From sequence record DRR378314_2199: DNA of 33,294 nucleotides, one strand, 5' to 3'. A program made the translations under genes and the position numbers. Within the stretch, counting starts at the first letter, position 1; the number at the start of each line of letters is the position of its first letter. Below, one piece after another: positions 1 to 9,034 of this stretch. Below the pieces are notes generated by a model. It saw only the letters and a list, made by a program, of their open reading frames with translations. It was not told the DNA's origin and made no database searches.

Positions 1-150
1 ACCCGCTGGCAAGAACAACAGAGGTGCCTTAATCTGAGGCTGGCTTCGTGGTTTTCACCGCGCCTAAAGGTACCAGTTTACAGGAAGGATGTTTGGGAGC
101 AGAACGAGAATAGACCCTATCAGGGCGGTTTCAGACTCTATTTGAGCTCA

Positions 151-260
151 TCCCGCAGCTTGGTCCCTCATATCCCGGGAATCGGGCCGCTTTATCCTGT
201 ATTTGGGTCCTTATCATACCGTGTTCAGGTTCCCTTGCTCCTGTATCGAGGTCCCTAAAC
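151..260. repeat. Five tandem degenerate 22-bp direct repeats (iterons) of a probable plasmid/chromid replication origin
   Basis: Units at 151, 173, 195, 217, 239: tcccgcagcttggtccctcata / tcccgggaatcgggccgcttta / tcctgtatttgggtccttatca / taccgtgttcaggttcccttgc / tcctgtatcgaggtccctaaac. Exact 22-bp period, T-(C/A)-C-Y-G start and GG at positions 12-13 in all five; directly upstream of parA. Confidence 0.75.
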
Positions 261-356
261 TAGAATAATTCATTGTATAGAATGATAAATTTCAATCCAA
301 ACATCATAAAGAACCTGAAAGCTTCTACAATGTTTAGTGTCTGATTTTTTCATATT
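261..356. other. AT-rich tract next to the iterons (candidate DNA-unwinding element of oriV)
   Basis: tagaataattcattgtatagaatgataaatttcaatccaaacatcataaa... is much more AT-rich than the flanking GC-rich coding DNA and abuts the iteron array. Confidence 0.6.
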
Positions 357-456
357 CTGACAATCCATCTGATCCGTCTTGGCAATTCCCAAACCAAGAG
401 TAGTGTGCGATAAAGCTGCGAATACGCGTCAAAACTGCGCACATACCAGAGGACAT

Positions 457-1851
457 ATGGCCGTAACACCCAAAGCACCCCCGCCTCCCTATTTTAACAT
501 TGATCCCGCGAAGGCCGCCAGTCGTCTGGGGGAACCGATCGATACTGCACGATTCGCAAAGGCCGCCGCTTTTGCCGCCAAAGGCCGTGATGATCTGGCC
601 AAACGCGGCTATGCGCCTGACGGGAAAAAACGCCTGCGCCGGTTTTCCACTTGGGAAATCTGCCGGTATCTGATTGATGTGGCCCCTGCTCATCTGCGGC
701 GTGTTCTTAAAGCGTATCCTGATCTCCCCCAAGGTACGGGCGAAGCTGGCAGCAAATGGTTCACCCTTGAAGAGGTCCTGACCCTGCGCGAACATTTCGC
801 CACGGAAGGCGCGTCGAACAAACAGTACAAATCCTGGCGGCCAGAAGGCCTGCCTGCGAAAGTAATTTCGGTCGCCAACTTCAAGGGTGGCGTTGGGAAA
901 ACATCCACGTGCGCCCATCTGGCGATGTCTGCTGCGCTTGACGGGTATCGTGTGCTTGTCATTGACCTCGACTCCCAAGGTTCGCTGACTTCCATCATGG
1001 GAGGGAGTGTGCCTGACGAATGGTCTACGGCGTTCCCCCTTTTGGCCAAGGATTTTGCACGGCACCTTCAGGCAGAGAATACAGTTCGGCGGGCCAAGGG
1101 CGCGCAAGAGCTGCCCTTCGACGAAACCCTGACAGAAAGCCTTGAGGTTTCGCCGCGAAACCTCATTCAGGAAACCCATTGGCCTAACATTGACCTCATC
1201 GGTTCTCAGCTAAATCTTTATTGGGCAGAGTTTCAGGTGCCCGTCTGGCGGATGCAGGTGCGTAGCTGGCCGCTTTGGGATGCGCTGACAAATGCCTTGG
1301 ACAGCGAAGGCATCCTTGATGACTATGATATTATCCTCCTCGATACGCCCCCTGCCCTTGGGTATTTGACCATCAATGCCCTGGCCGCAGCGGATATTCT
1401 CTTGGTCCCGTTGGGGGCGTCCTTTTTGGAATTCGATTCAACGGGCCGTTTTTTTGATATGCTGTATTCGACCTTCGCCAGCATCGAAGAGGGCGAAAAC
1501 CGCATCAGACGTCAGGATGGATTGCCCGAGATGAAGTTTGAGTGGGATGCCGTGCGCGCGCTGATCACCCGGTTTGATGCAGGGCAGCAGACCGATTTGG
1601 CCAATGTCATTCAGGCCTATTTCGGGGATTTTATGACAACGTACCGGCAGGAAGTGACCGCGATGGTGGGGCAGGCCGGAGAGCAGGTGAACGGAATTTA
1701 CGAAGCGGACTATCGCGAATTTAACCGTGATACCTATGTGCGGGGGCGTGAGGCTTTTGACCGGACGTGGGCCGAAGTGAAAGAGGTCTTGTTGGGAACG
1801 TGGTGGCGGGATCTGCAAGAGTTGAATGAACAGGAGAGCAATGATGGCTAA
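457..1851 (+). CDS. parA: Plasmid partitioning ATPase ParA (type Ia, long N-terminal HTH extension)
   Basis: Deviant Walker A NFKGGVGKTS, VLVIDLDSQGS, Walker B IILLDTPPALG; N-terminal HTH-like RRFSTWEICRYLIDVAPAHLRRVLK; ATG at 457 preceded by AGAGGA (preferred over the TTG at 379). Confidence 0.93.
   Translation: MAVTPKAPPPPYFNIDPAKAASRLGEPIDTARFAKAAAFAAKGRDDLAKRGYAPDGKKRLRRFSTWEICRYLIDVAPAHLRRVLKAYPDLPQGTGEAGSKWFTLEEVLTLREHFATEGASNKQYKSWRPEGLPAKVISVANFKGGVGKTSTCAHLAMSAALDGYRVLVIDLDSQGSLTSIMGGSVPDEWSTAFPLLAKDFARHLQAENTVRRAKGAQELPFDETLTESLEVSPRNLIQETHWPNIDLIGSQLNLYWAEFQVPVWRMQVRSWPLWDALTNALDSEGILDDYDIILLDTPPALGYLTINALAAADILLVPLGASFLEFDSTGRFFDMLYSTFASIEEGENRIRRQDGLPEMKFEWDAVRALITRFDAGQQTDLANVIQAYFGDFMTTYRQEVTAMVGQAGEQVNGIYEADYREFNRDTYVRGREAFDRTWAEVKEVLLGTWWRDLQELNEQESNDG
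1143..1165. promoter_or_regulatory. Candidate parS palindrome inside parA
   Basis: TGAGGTTTCGC-C-GCGAAACCTCA, perfect 11-bp arms; the core GTTTCGCCGCGAAAC recurs exactly at 1906-1920. Confidence 0.65.
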
Positions 1852-2929
1852 GCGACGCAAATTGGAAGCCCCTTCTGCGGATGCTCTGGGGCGCATCGAA
1901 GAGGAGTTTCGCCGCGAAACCCCCGCTCACCCCATATCTGCCCCGATTGCTCAGGTGGCGGCGGAAACCGCCGGGGCCCTTCAAGCTGGCACGCCGGAAA
2001 CCCGGCGGGATGAAGCGCAAGCTGCGGCTTATCGGGATGCGGAAGGGCAGGGGCGGTTGATTAAGGAAATCGCCTTGGTTGAGATCGAGGCGATGTCGAT
2101 GCAGCGCGACCGCACGATCATAGACGACGAGGCGCTGGGTGAGTTGCAACATTCGATTGAAGCGCATGGGCTTAGATTGCCAATTGAAGTCTACACGTTG
2201 AAGGAGCCGGCCGGGACCAAACGCTATGGGCTTTTGTCCGGCTATCGTCGCTTGATCGCGCAACAGAATCTACTGGCGAAAACGGGTGAAGACAGGTTTG
2301 CGCGGATCAAGGCGGTGCTGCGTGACCCGGACCAGATTGGCGGCGCCTTTGTCGCGATGGTTGAGGAAAACGAAATCCGGCAGGATCTCAGTCATTATGA
2401 GCGCGGGCGTATTGCGGTGATTGCGGCACAGCAAGGGGCTTTTGCCACAACTGAAGCTGCGGTGGCAGAGATGTTTGCGGCCGCATCCAAAGCCAAGCGT
2501 AGCAAGATCCGATCCTTTGCGATGATCTTTGAAGCCTTGGGTGACATGCTGCAATTCCCGGAAAGCCTGCGCGAAAAAGATGGCCTGCGTCTTGCGCAAG
2601 GGGTGCGGACCGGGGCAGAGGCGCGGTTGCGTGAAGTTCTGGGGGCAGGGCAGGCGAGCGATGCCAAATCTGAATGGGCGTTGATTGACACTGTCCTTGC
2701 AGAACATGCGTCACCGGATTCCATGGTAAGCCGTGGCGGGCGGCCCCGGACCACCGGTCCAAAGGTTGGCTGGTCGGGCAATGACACTTTGCGCACCTCA
2801 ACGGGGGTCACCATGCGAGCTGAAAGCTCGGGGGACGGATTCTTGATCCGGTTCAGTGGCAAAGGGGTGTCGCAGGATATGATGCAAACACTGATGCGCG
2901 ATATGCAGGTCAAGCTGGAGAAAGGCTAG
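1844..2929 (+). CDS. parB: Plasmid partitioning protein ParB/RepB/Spo0J family
   Basis: ParB N-domain: QRDR, SIEAHGLRLPIEV, YGLLSGYRRL, MVEENEIRQDLSHYERG; overlaps the parA stop; RBS AGGAG at 1832-1836 (start could be 1841). Confidence 0.93.
   Translation: MAKRRKLEAPSADALGRIEEEFRRETPAHPISAPIAQVAAETAGALQAGTPETRRDEAQAAAYRDAEGQGRLIKEIALVEIEAMSMQRDRTIIDDEALGELQHSIEAHGLRLPIEVYTLKEPAGTKRYGLLSGYRRLIAQQNLLAKTGEDRFARIKAVLRDPDQIGGAFVAMVEENEIRQDLSHYERGRIAVIAAQQGAFATTEAAVAEMFAAASKAKRSKIRSFAMIFEALGDMLQFPESLREKDGLRLAQGVRTGAEARLREVLGAGQASDAKSEWALIDTVLAEHASPDSMVSRGGRPRTTGPKVGWSGNDTLRTSTGVTMRAESSGDGFLIRFSGKGVSQDMMQTLMRDMQVKLEKG
1906..1920. promoter_or_regulatory. Candidate parS palindrome inside parB
   Basis: GTTTCGCCGCGAAAC, identical to 1147-1161; lies in the codons for E-F-R-R-E-T. 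Confidence 0.65.
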
Positions 2930-3050
2930 GACACAGGGGCAAAGGTACCCGTTTCCGGTGCGTTGTGACCATGCGTCATTTCACATGCAATCGGATGGTT
3001 CTTCGTCTGATGCATGGCTAGCATGCTGTTGGAAAATAGGGGGAGGACCT

Positions 3051-3728
3051 ATGATGCAATTGGATCAAGCCATGCTGGAACGCCGATCAATACGCGGCTT
3101 TCAGGACAAGCAGGTTTCGCGCGCCTTGCTGGAAGAGATCATTACGCTGGCCAACCGCGCCCCATCGTCGATGAACACGCAACCATGGCATCTGCATGTG
3201 CTGACCGGAGCGCCGCTTGAGAAAGTTCGTGAGGGCAATTCAAACCGTATGATGTCCGGTGTCCCACCGGTGCGGGAGATTGTTGATCATGGTGCCTACG
3301 AGGGGCCTCATCGCGACCGGCAGGTGGGTATCGCCAAGCAGCTGTTTGCGGCCATGGGGATTGCCCGCGAGGATAAGGCGAAGCGGCAGGATTGGGTGAT
3401 GCGCGGTTTTCGCCAGTTCGACGCGCCGGTGTCCATTGTCGTGACTTTTGACAAATCTCTCGAAGGGGGCACGATTGCGCATTTTGATTTGGGGGCAGTG
3501 ACCTATGGGCTGGTCCTCGCGGCGTGGTCGCGTGGCCTGGGGGCGGTGATCAACGGGCAGGGGATTATGCAATCACCAGTGGTACGTGAACATGCGCAGA
3601 TCCCGGATGATCAGGTTATTATGACCTGTGTTGCGCTGGGGTGGCCAAACGAGGATTTCGCGGCGAATGATGTTGTTTCAATGCGCCGTGATATCGGTGA
3701 AATGGCCCGTTTTATCGGGTTCGAATGA
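3051..3728 (+). CDS. Nitroreductase family flavoprotein
   Basis: ERRSIRGF, RAPSSMNTQPW, LAAWSRGLG and ALGWP motifs of the FMN-dependent nitroreductase fold; RBS GGAGG before ATG 3051/3054. Confidence 0.9.
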   Translation: MMQLDQAMLERRSIRGFQDKQVSRALLEEIITLANRAPSSMNTQPWHLHVLTGAPLEKVREGNSNRMMSGVPPVREIVDHGAYEGPHRDRQVGIAKQLFAAMGIAREDKAKRQDWVMRGFRQFDAPVSIVVTFDKSLEGGTIAHFDLGAVTYGLVLAAWSRGLGAVINGQGIMQSPVVREHAQIPDDQVIMTCVALGWPNEDFAANDVVSMRRDIGEMARFIGFE

Positions 3729-3835
3729 AGTTAACCTTTTGATTCAAAAAGATATTCAATAAATTAGCAACCAAACGTTTTCTTTACCAAAAAGACTGGT
3801 TAGCTTGCTGAAGAGTCTTCAAAGGATCAAACCTC

Positions 3836-5425
3836 ATGCGCGACTTTCATGACCCGAAACGTTCCCCGATTTACGCTGGCAATGGTGCCCTGGCCACCTC
3901 GCATCCGCTGGCAACCCAAGCGGGGCTTGAGGTTCTGAAACGCGGCGGTAATGCGGTGGATGCGGCGGTGACCGCAGCGGCGGTTCTGACGGTTGTTGAG
4001 CCCGCAATGACGGGGATTGGCGGGGACGGTTTTGCGCTTATCTCACAGCCCGGCAAGCCGCTGTATGGGTTGAACTCTTCGGGCCGGGCGGCGGCAGCGC
4101 TTTCCAGTGCCATGTTGCGCGATCAGGGCTGGAAAGAGATGGACGATGCATCGGCCCATTCTGTTACTGTACCGGGGGTGGTCAAAAGCTGGGAGAGCCT
4201 GCTGGAAAGCCATGGCACCTTTGGGCTGGACGCTGCGCTGCAACCGGCAATCCGCGCGGCTGAGGATGGGTTTGTGGTTTACCCTAGGGTCTGGAGCGAC
4301 TGGACCACATGTCAGGACAAGCTGTCTGCACAGGGCGTGGGCAGCAAACATTACCTGATCGATGGAAAAGCCCCAAAGATGGGCACGATCCACCGGCTTC
4401 CGGCATTGGCTGCGACGCTAAAGGTTATCGCAGACCAGGGCGCGCGGGGGTTTTACGAGGGTGCCGTGGCGGCCGATATTGTGGCCGAATTGCGCCAGCG
4501 TGGCGGGGTGATGAGCGAAGAGGATTTTGCGACCCATACCGCTGATCCTTGCACGCCCGTCACCGCAGGGTATCGTGATATTGATCTGGCGGAACTGCCG
4601 CCAAACGGCACCGGGATCACAGCGCAGATCATTCTAAACCTGTTGGAGCGTTTTGACGTCGCATCGCTTGCCCCTGACAGTGTCGAACGTTTGCATCTGG
4701 AGCTGGAAGCCGCGCGGGTTGGGTATGCCATTCGTGATGCTCATATCGGCGATCCGGCAACCATGGGTGTGACTGCTGAGGCTCTGATCGACAAAGCCTG
4801 GGCCAAGGGGCTATCGACAAGTATTGATCCAGCCAAACGTAACAATGACCTGCCGCCGGTGGACCCCAATTTCCAAAGTGACACGATCTATCTCAGCTGT
4901 GTGGATCGGGACGGCATGGCGGTTTCCTTGATCAATTCTGTGTTCAAGGGGTTCGGATCCGGGATTGTGACAGAAAAGACCGGGATCCACCTGCAAAACC
5001 GCGGTGCGGGGTTTCGTGTGCTGGACGGGCATCCGAACACGATTGAGGGGGGCAAGCGCCCGCTGCATACGATTATTCCGGCAATGGCCATGGCAGGTGA
5101 CAAACCGCGCTATTGCTTTGGCGTGATGGGCGGGCATTACCAGCCCTGCGGGCATGCGCATGTCATCACCAATATGGTCGATTTTGGGATGGACCCGCAG
5201 GAAGCCTTGGACAGCCCACGTGTGTTCTGGCAGCCAGATGGGACCTTGGAGGTCGAACCGACACTGGGGCAGGGGGTCTTGGACGGGCTGATCGCCAAGG
5301 GGCATAAAGCGGTGTTTAGCACGTCCGCAATCGGGGGTGGTCAGATCATTGAAATTGACCATCAGGCTGGGGTGTTGATTGCGGGGTCTGACCCCCGCAA
5401 AGATGGGTGTGCGCTGGGGTACTAA
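3836..5425 (+). CDS. ggt: Gamma-glutamyltransferase-family Ntn hydrolase (YwrD/HpxW-like, cytoplasmic)
   Basis: ATSHPLA, GGNAVDAAV, EPAMTGIGGDGF, autoprocessing site SD/TIYLSCVD, LQNRGAGF, KRPLHTIIP, GSDPRKDG; no signal peptide. Confidence 0.9.
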   Translation: MRDFHDPKRSPIYAGNGALATSHPLATQAGLEVLKRGGNAVDAAVTAAAVLTVVEPAMTGIGGDGFALISQPGKPLYGLNSSGRAAAALSSAMLRDQGWKEMDDASAHSVTVPGVVKSWESLLESHGTFGLDAALQPAIRAAEDGFVVYPRVWSDWTTCQDKLSAQGVGSKHYLIDGKAPKMGTIHRLPALAATLKVIADQGARGFYEGAVAADIVAELRQRGGVMSEEDFATHTADPCTPVTAGYRDIDLAELPPNGTGITAQIILNLLERFDVASLAPDSVERLHLELEAARVGYAIRDAHIGDPATMGVTAEALIDKAWAKGLSTSIDPAKRNNDLPPVDPNFQSDTIYLSCVDRDGMAVSLINSVFKGFGSGIVTEKTGIHLQNRGAGFRVLDGHPNTIEGGKRPLHTIIPAMAMAGDKPRYCFGVMGGHYQPCGHAHVITNMVDFGMDPQEALDSPRVFWQPDGTLEVEPTLGQGVLDGLIAKGHKAVFSTSAIGGGQIIEIDHQAGVLIAGSDPRKDGCALGY

Positions 5426-6165
5426 GGGGCGTTCTGCCGCCGCTTTGACCGTGCTCTGTAAGAGAACGGCAAGGATAGCAGATAGAGACAATTTGCGATG
5501 ATCAGCGTCGGCCAGGGATAGACCATCAAACAGACCACCAGCACCATGGCGGCAATCACCGCAATGGGCAGATGGGCGCGTTTGATGCTGGCATGTTTGA
5601 TGGAATAGGTTGGCACGGTGCTGACCGCCAACAGGCCAACGCCAATGATGTAGATGGCGCGCAGGATCGGGAAATCAGAGTTTTCCCAGCCGTGCAGATG
5701 CATAAAAACCGGCATCAGTGACAGGCAGGCAAGGGCAGGGGCGGGCACCCCGACAAAATACTCGTCTTTCTTCAGTGAAACATCACTGTCGTCGAGCGCC
5801 AGATTGAACCGCGCCAGCCGCAAGGCACAGCAAACCGCCAGCACGAGAGAGGCAAGCCAGCCCAGATTGGCAAAGTTGGTGTCGATATAGAGCGTATGAT
5901 AGAGCAACACACCCGGCACGATGCCGAAGTTGAAGAAATCCGCCAGAGTATCCAGTTCGGCACCGAAGGGGCTGGCGCTGTCCAGAAACCGCGCCAGTTT
6001 GCCATCGGCAGCGTCCAGAAACACCGCCAATAGGATGAAGTACAGTGCCATCTCAAGATGGCCTTCAAGGCTCATCCTGAGGGAGGTCATACCGGCGCAA
6101 ATTGCGAAAACCGTAACCACGCTGGGTACGATATGGCGCAGCTTGATTTTTGACGAATGGCTCAT
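5422..6165 (-). CDS. pssA: CDP-diacylglycerol--serine O-phosphatidyltransferase (phosphatidylserine synthase)
   Basis: CDP-alcohol phosphotransferase motif [10 protein letters not shown]...[32 protein letters not shown]; directly downstream of psd. Confidence 0.9.
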   Translation of the reverse strand: MSHSSKIKLRHIVPSVVTVFAICAGMTSLRMSLEGHLEMALYFILLAVFLDAADGKLARFLDSASPFGAELDTLADFFNFGIVPGVLLYHTLYIDTNFANLGWLASLVLAVCCALRLARFNLALDDSDVSLKKDEYFVGVPAPALACLSLMPVFMHLHGWENSDFPILRAIYIIGVGLLAVSTVPTYSIKHASIKRAHLPIAVIAAMVLVVCLMVYPWPTLIIANCLYLLSLPFSYRARSKRRQNAP

Positions 6166-6854
6166 TCAGGGATACCGGGCCGTTGACGGGTTGGGTCGCG
6201 CAGATCAGCAAGGATCGTTTCTCCGGCAACGGCTGTCTGGCCCACGGAAACCAGCGGTGACACACCCTTTGGCAGGTAGATATCAAGACGGCTGCCGAAA
6301 CGGATCAGCCCGAACCGGTGACCGGCACCCAGCTGGCTGCCTTCTTGTACGAAACAGACGATCCGACGCGCCACAAGGCCGGCAATTTGCACCACACCGA
6401 TGCGCGCCCCTTCTTCGGTTTCGATGGTAAGGCTGTTGCGCTCGTTATGTTCGCTGGCCTTGTCCAAAGATGCGTTCAGGAATTTGCCATGACGATAAAC
6501 GATATTGACCACTTTTCCTGCGACGGGCGCGCGGTTCACATGGCAATTAAAGACGTTCATAAAGACTGACACACGGGTCAGTGGCGTATCGCCCAGCCCC
6601 AGATCAGGCGAGGGGACAACATCCTCGATCAAGGAAACAACCCCGTCAGCGGGTGAAATGACCAAACCGTCCTGTTGTGGGACAACCCGCACCGGATCAC
6701 GGAAAAAGTAATAACACCAGATAGTTGCCCCGACGCCCAACCAAAACAAGGGCTCCCAGACAAAAAACAGAACGGCAGTAATCGCGGCAAAGATCGCAAC
6801 AAATTTGCGTCCTTCGTTATGCATCGGCACCGCAACAATCTTGAGCATATTCAT
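6162..6854 (-). CDS. psd: Phosphatidylserine decarboxylase proenzyme
   Basis: [39 protein letters not shown], self-cleavage motif IRFGSRLD. Confidence 0.95.
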   Translation of the reverse strand: MNMLKIVAVPMHNEGRKFVAIFAAITAVLFFVWEPLFWLGVGATIWCYYFFRDPVRVVPQQDGLVISPADGVVSLIEDVVPSPDLGLGDTPLTRVSVFMNVFNCHVNRAPVAGKVVNIVYRHGKFLNASLDKASEHNERNSLTIETEEGARIGVVQIAGLVARRIVCFVQEGSQLGAGHRFGLIRFGSRLDIYLPKGVSPLVSVGQTAVAGETILADLRDPTRQRPGIPE

Positions 6855-7272
6855 CAGTAGACTTTCAGGTCAGAGCGAAAGAGCGGCTCAGGCCGCCCCA
6901 ATAAAACTGCTTGCGCACAGCAGATAGATGCATGCAAGCGGTCTGGTTTCCTTGGTGTAGCGAGGCATTTATATCGTTCAGTTGCCAGCCGCTATCACCC
7001 CGGAAAACAGGAGTACCCTAGTGCAATAATCGATTATCTACACCTTAGCGAGTGCAACCGGTGCAAAAGAGCGGGTAGGGCAGGCGCGATATGCCGCAGT
7101 ATCCCTCCCACGAACAGCAATATTTTTGCGGAGGGCATCCATCACGGTCCGAGCAGCTTTGGTCAGATAGACGTCTGGAAATTGATCACGAGGCGGAAGG
7201 GTAGGTCATTTTGGCAGGAAAACCCTTGTGGCTAGGTTGTTCCTCATGATTTTGACCATGTTTCGACGAACC

Positions 7273-9033
7273 TTAGCGGCCCGCTTGCAAGGCTACAAAG
7301 TGACCGGGCGCGGCTTCGGCAAGTTGATAAGGCTGCGCTGCGTCCTTCGCGTCATAGTAGTCGGTCCGGTCCTGTTCGGCGACAACCGGAAGCGCGGTCA
7401 TCGACAACTGTAGGCCGTCCACCCCCTGTACCAATCTAGGCGATGCAGACATCAATCGGCGGGTGTAAGGATGTCGCGGAGCGGAAAACAATGTGCCTGT
7501 TTCTGCTTGTTCCATCACGCGGCCGCGGTGCAATACATAGAGCCTTGCACAAAGCTGTTCCACGATGTGTAAATCATGGCTGATAAACAGACATGCGAAC
7601 CCAAGTTTTTGCTGCAAATTCTTCAACAGATTCAATATCTGGGCCTGAATGGTAACATCCAAAGCTGATACTGGCTCGTCAGCAATGACCAGATCCGGTT
7701 GGCTGACCAATGCCCTTGCAATCGCAACCCGCTGACGCTGACCACCAGAAAGTGCATGCGGATATCGGCTGGCCATATCTGCAGACAGGCCTACAGCGGC
7801 CAATATTTCCATGGCGCGCGCTTGTTTTTCCATTTTGCTGAGATCGCGATCAAACCGCAAACCTTCACGCACGATTTGTTCGATACGCATGCGCGGATTG
7901 AGAGACGAATACGGGTCCTGAAACACGAACCGGATGCGCCGCCGCAACATATATTCTTCCGCCCCTGTGCAATCCCCCAGATTGGTATCGTCAAAAAGGA
8001 CCGTCCCGGATACCTGTGGTACCAGCTTGGCGATGGCGCGACCTATCGTGCTTTTGCCGCTGCCACTTTCTCCGACCAATCCGACAAATTCGCCGGGGCG
8101 GATGGCAAGTGATACGTTGCGCACTGCGTGGTTTACATTTTGTCCGAGTAACCCAAACAGCCGCTTTTCGACGAAATCTATGCTAAGATCATCCACGGCG
8201 AGAAGGGGTGTTGAATCGGTGCCGACAATTGGCGCAGCCACACCCAATTGCGTCGAGGCCAAGAGCCGTTTGGTGTAGTCGTGATTGGGCCGACGCAGCA
8301 CTTCATCGGTGTCGCCGGTCTCGACTAGCTCGCCCTTTTCCATAACTGCAATTCTTTGGGCGAAAGCGGCGACAGCTGCCAGATCATGTGAGATTAAGAT
8401 CACAGCAGTGCCATGCGCGCGCGCCACCTCGGCCATGATGTTAAGCACCTCATGCTGAACGATTGCATCCAGTGCGGTTGTTGGCTCATCAGCGATCAAC
8501 AGCGCAGGTTTCAGCATCATCACAGAGGCGATCATGATCCGTTGCCGCATCCCGCCGGAAAACTCATGTGGGTAACGGTTGACCAATCTCTCCGGGTTTT
8601 CCAGTTTGACCTGCTTTAGCATGTCTATCGCACGCTCACGAATGTCTCGCATGCTTAAATCGGTATGCTCTCGCATGGCTTCAAACATCTGTTCGCCAAT
8701 GCGAAGGTTGGGGTTTAGCGATGAAAGGGGTTCCTGGAAGATCAAACCGATTTCACGTCCACGCAGATGGCGCAGTTCGTCTTTGGTTGCCGGGTTGGTA
8801 ACATCATGGCCATTGAAGTGAATATGACCCTGGCTGACCCGCCCATTTCCCGGCACAAGACCTAGAATGGAACGGCCCAAAACGCTTTTGCCGCTGCCAC
8901 TTTCACCCACGAGGGCAAGGATTTCGCCCCGATCCAGCGTTAGGTTCACATCCCGGATGACCGAAGCCGCGCCAAAGGAAACTTCAAGATTGCTGATCGA
9001 CAGGATCGTGTCATTCTGTTCCAAATCCGTCAT
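7273..9033 (-). CDS. Peptide/nickel-type ABC transporter, fused double ATP-binding protein (DppD/DppF-like)
   Basis: Two NBDs: GESGSGKS...FSGGMRQR...ADEPTTALD and GESGSGKST...LSGGQRQR...ADEPVSALD; ATG 9033 preceded by GAGG. Confidence 0.93.
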   Translation of the reverse strand: MTDLEQNDTILSISNLEVSFGAASVIRDVNLTLDRGEILALVGESGSGKSVLGRSILGLVPGNGRVSQGHIHFNGHDVTNPATKDELRHLRGREIGLIFQEPLSSLNPNLRIGEQMFEAMREHTDLSMRDIRERAIDMLKQVKLENPERLVNRYPHEFSGGMRQRIMIASVMMLKPALLIADEPTTALDAIVQHEVLNIMAEVARAHGTAVILISHDLAAVAAFAQRIAVMEKGELVETGDTDEVLRRPNHDYTKRLLASTQLGVAAPIVGTDSTPLLAVDDLSIDFVEKRLFGLLGQNVNHAVRNVSLAIRPGEFVGLVGESGSGKSTIGRAIAKLVPQVSGTVLFDDTNLGDCTGAEEYMLRRRIRFVFQDPYSSLNPRMRIEQIVREGLRFDRDLSKMEKQARAMEILAAVGLSADMASRYPHALSGGQRQRVAIARALVSQPDLVIADEPVSALDVTIQAQILNLLKNLQQKLGFACLFISHDLHIVEQLCARLYVLHRGRVMEQAETGTLFSAPRHPYTRRLMSASPRLVQGVDGLQLSMTALPVVAEQDRTDYYDAKDAAQPYQLAEAAPGHFVALQAGR

Positions 9034-9034
9034 A

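Noticed and set aside
1-37. ggcaagaacaacagaggtgcc as one arm of a leader hairpin of a divergent initiator gene, or the tail of an upstream ORF
   Set aside because: The partner arm or gene would lie outside the window, so it cannot be supported here
151-260. Periodic repeats as a mini CRISPR array
   Set aside because: Contiguous degenerate 22-bp units with no spacers and no cas genes; position fits iterons
334-1179. 281-aa minus-strand ORF
   Set aside because: Antisense shadow of parA with no recognisable motifs
457-2929. repAB of a repABC replicon
   Set aside because: No repC follows parB (a nitroreductase does), and iterons lie upstream
2958-3050. N-terminal extension of the nitroreductase ORF and an imperfect hairpin at about 2984-3016
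   Set aside because: Strong GGAGG RBS points to ATG 3051/3054; the hairpin has no U-tract and is weak
3737-3821. Two short palindromes (ttttga-t-tcaaaa and tgaaga-g-tcttca) upstream of ggt
   Set aside because: 6-bp arms in AT-rich DNA are expected by chance and no cognate regulator is evident
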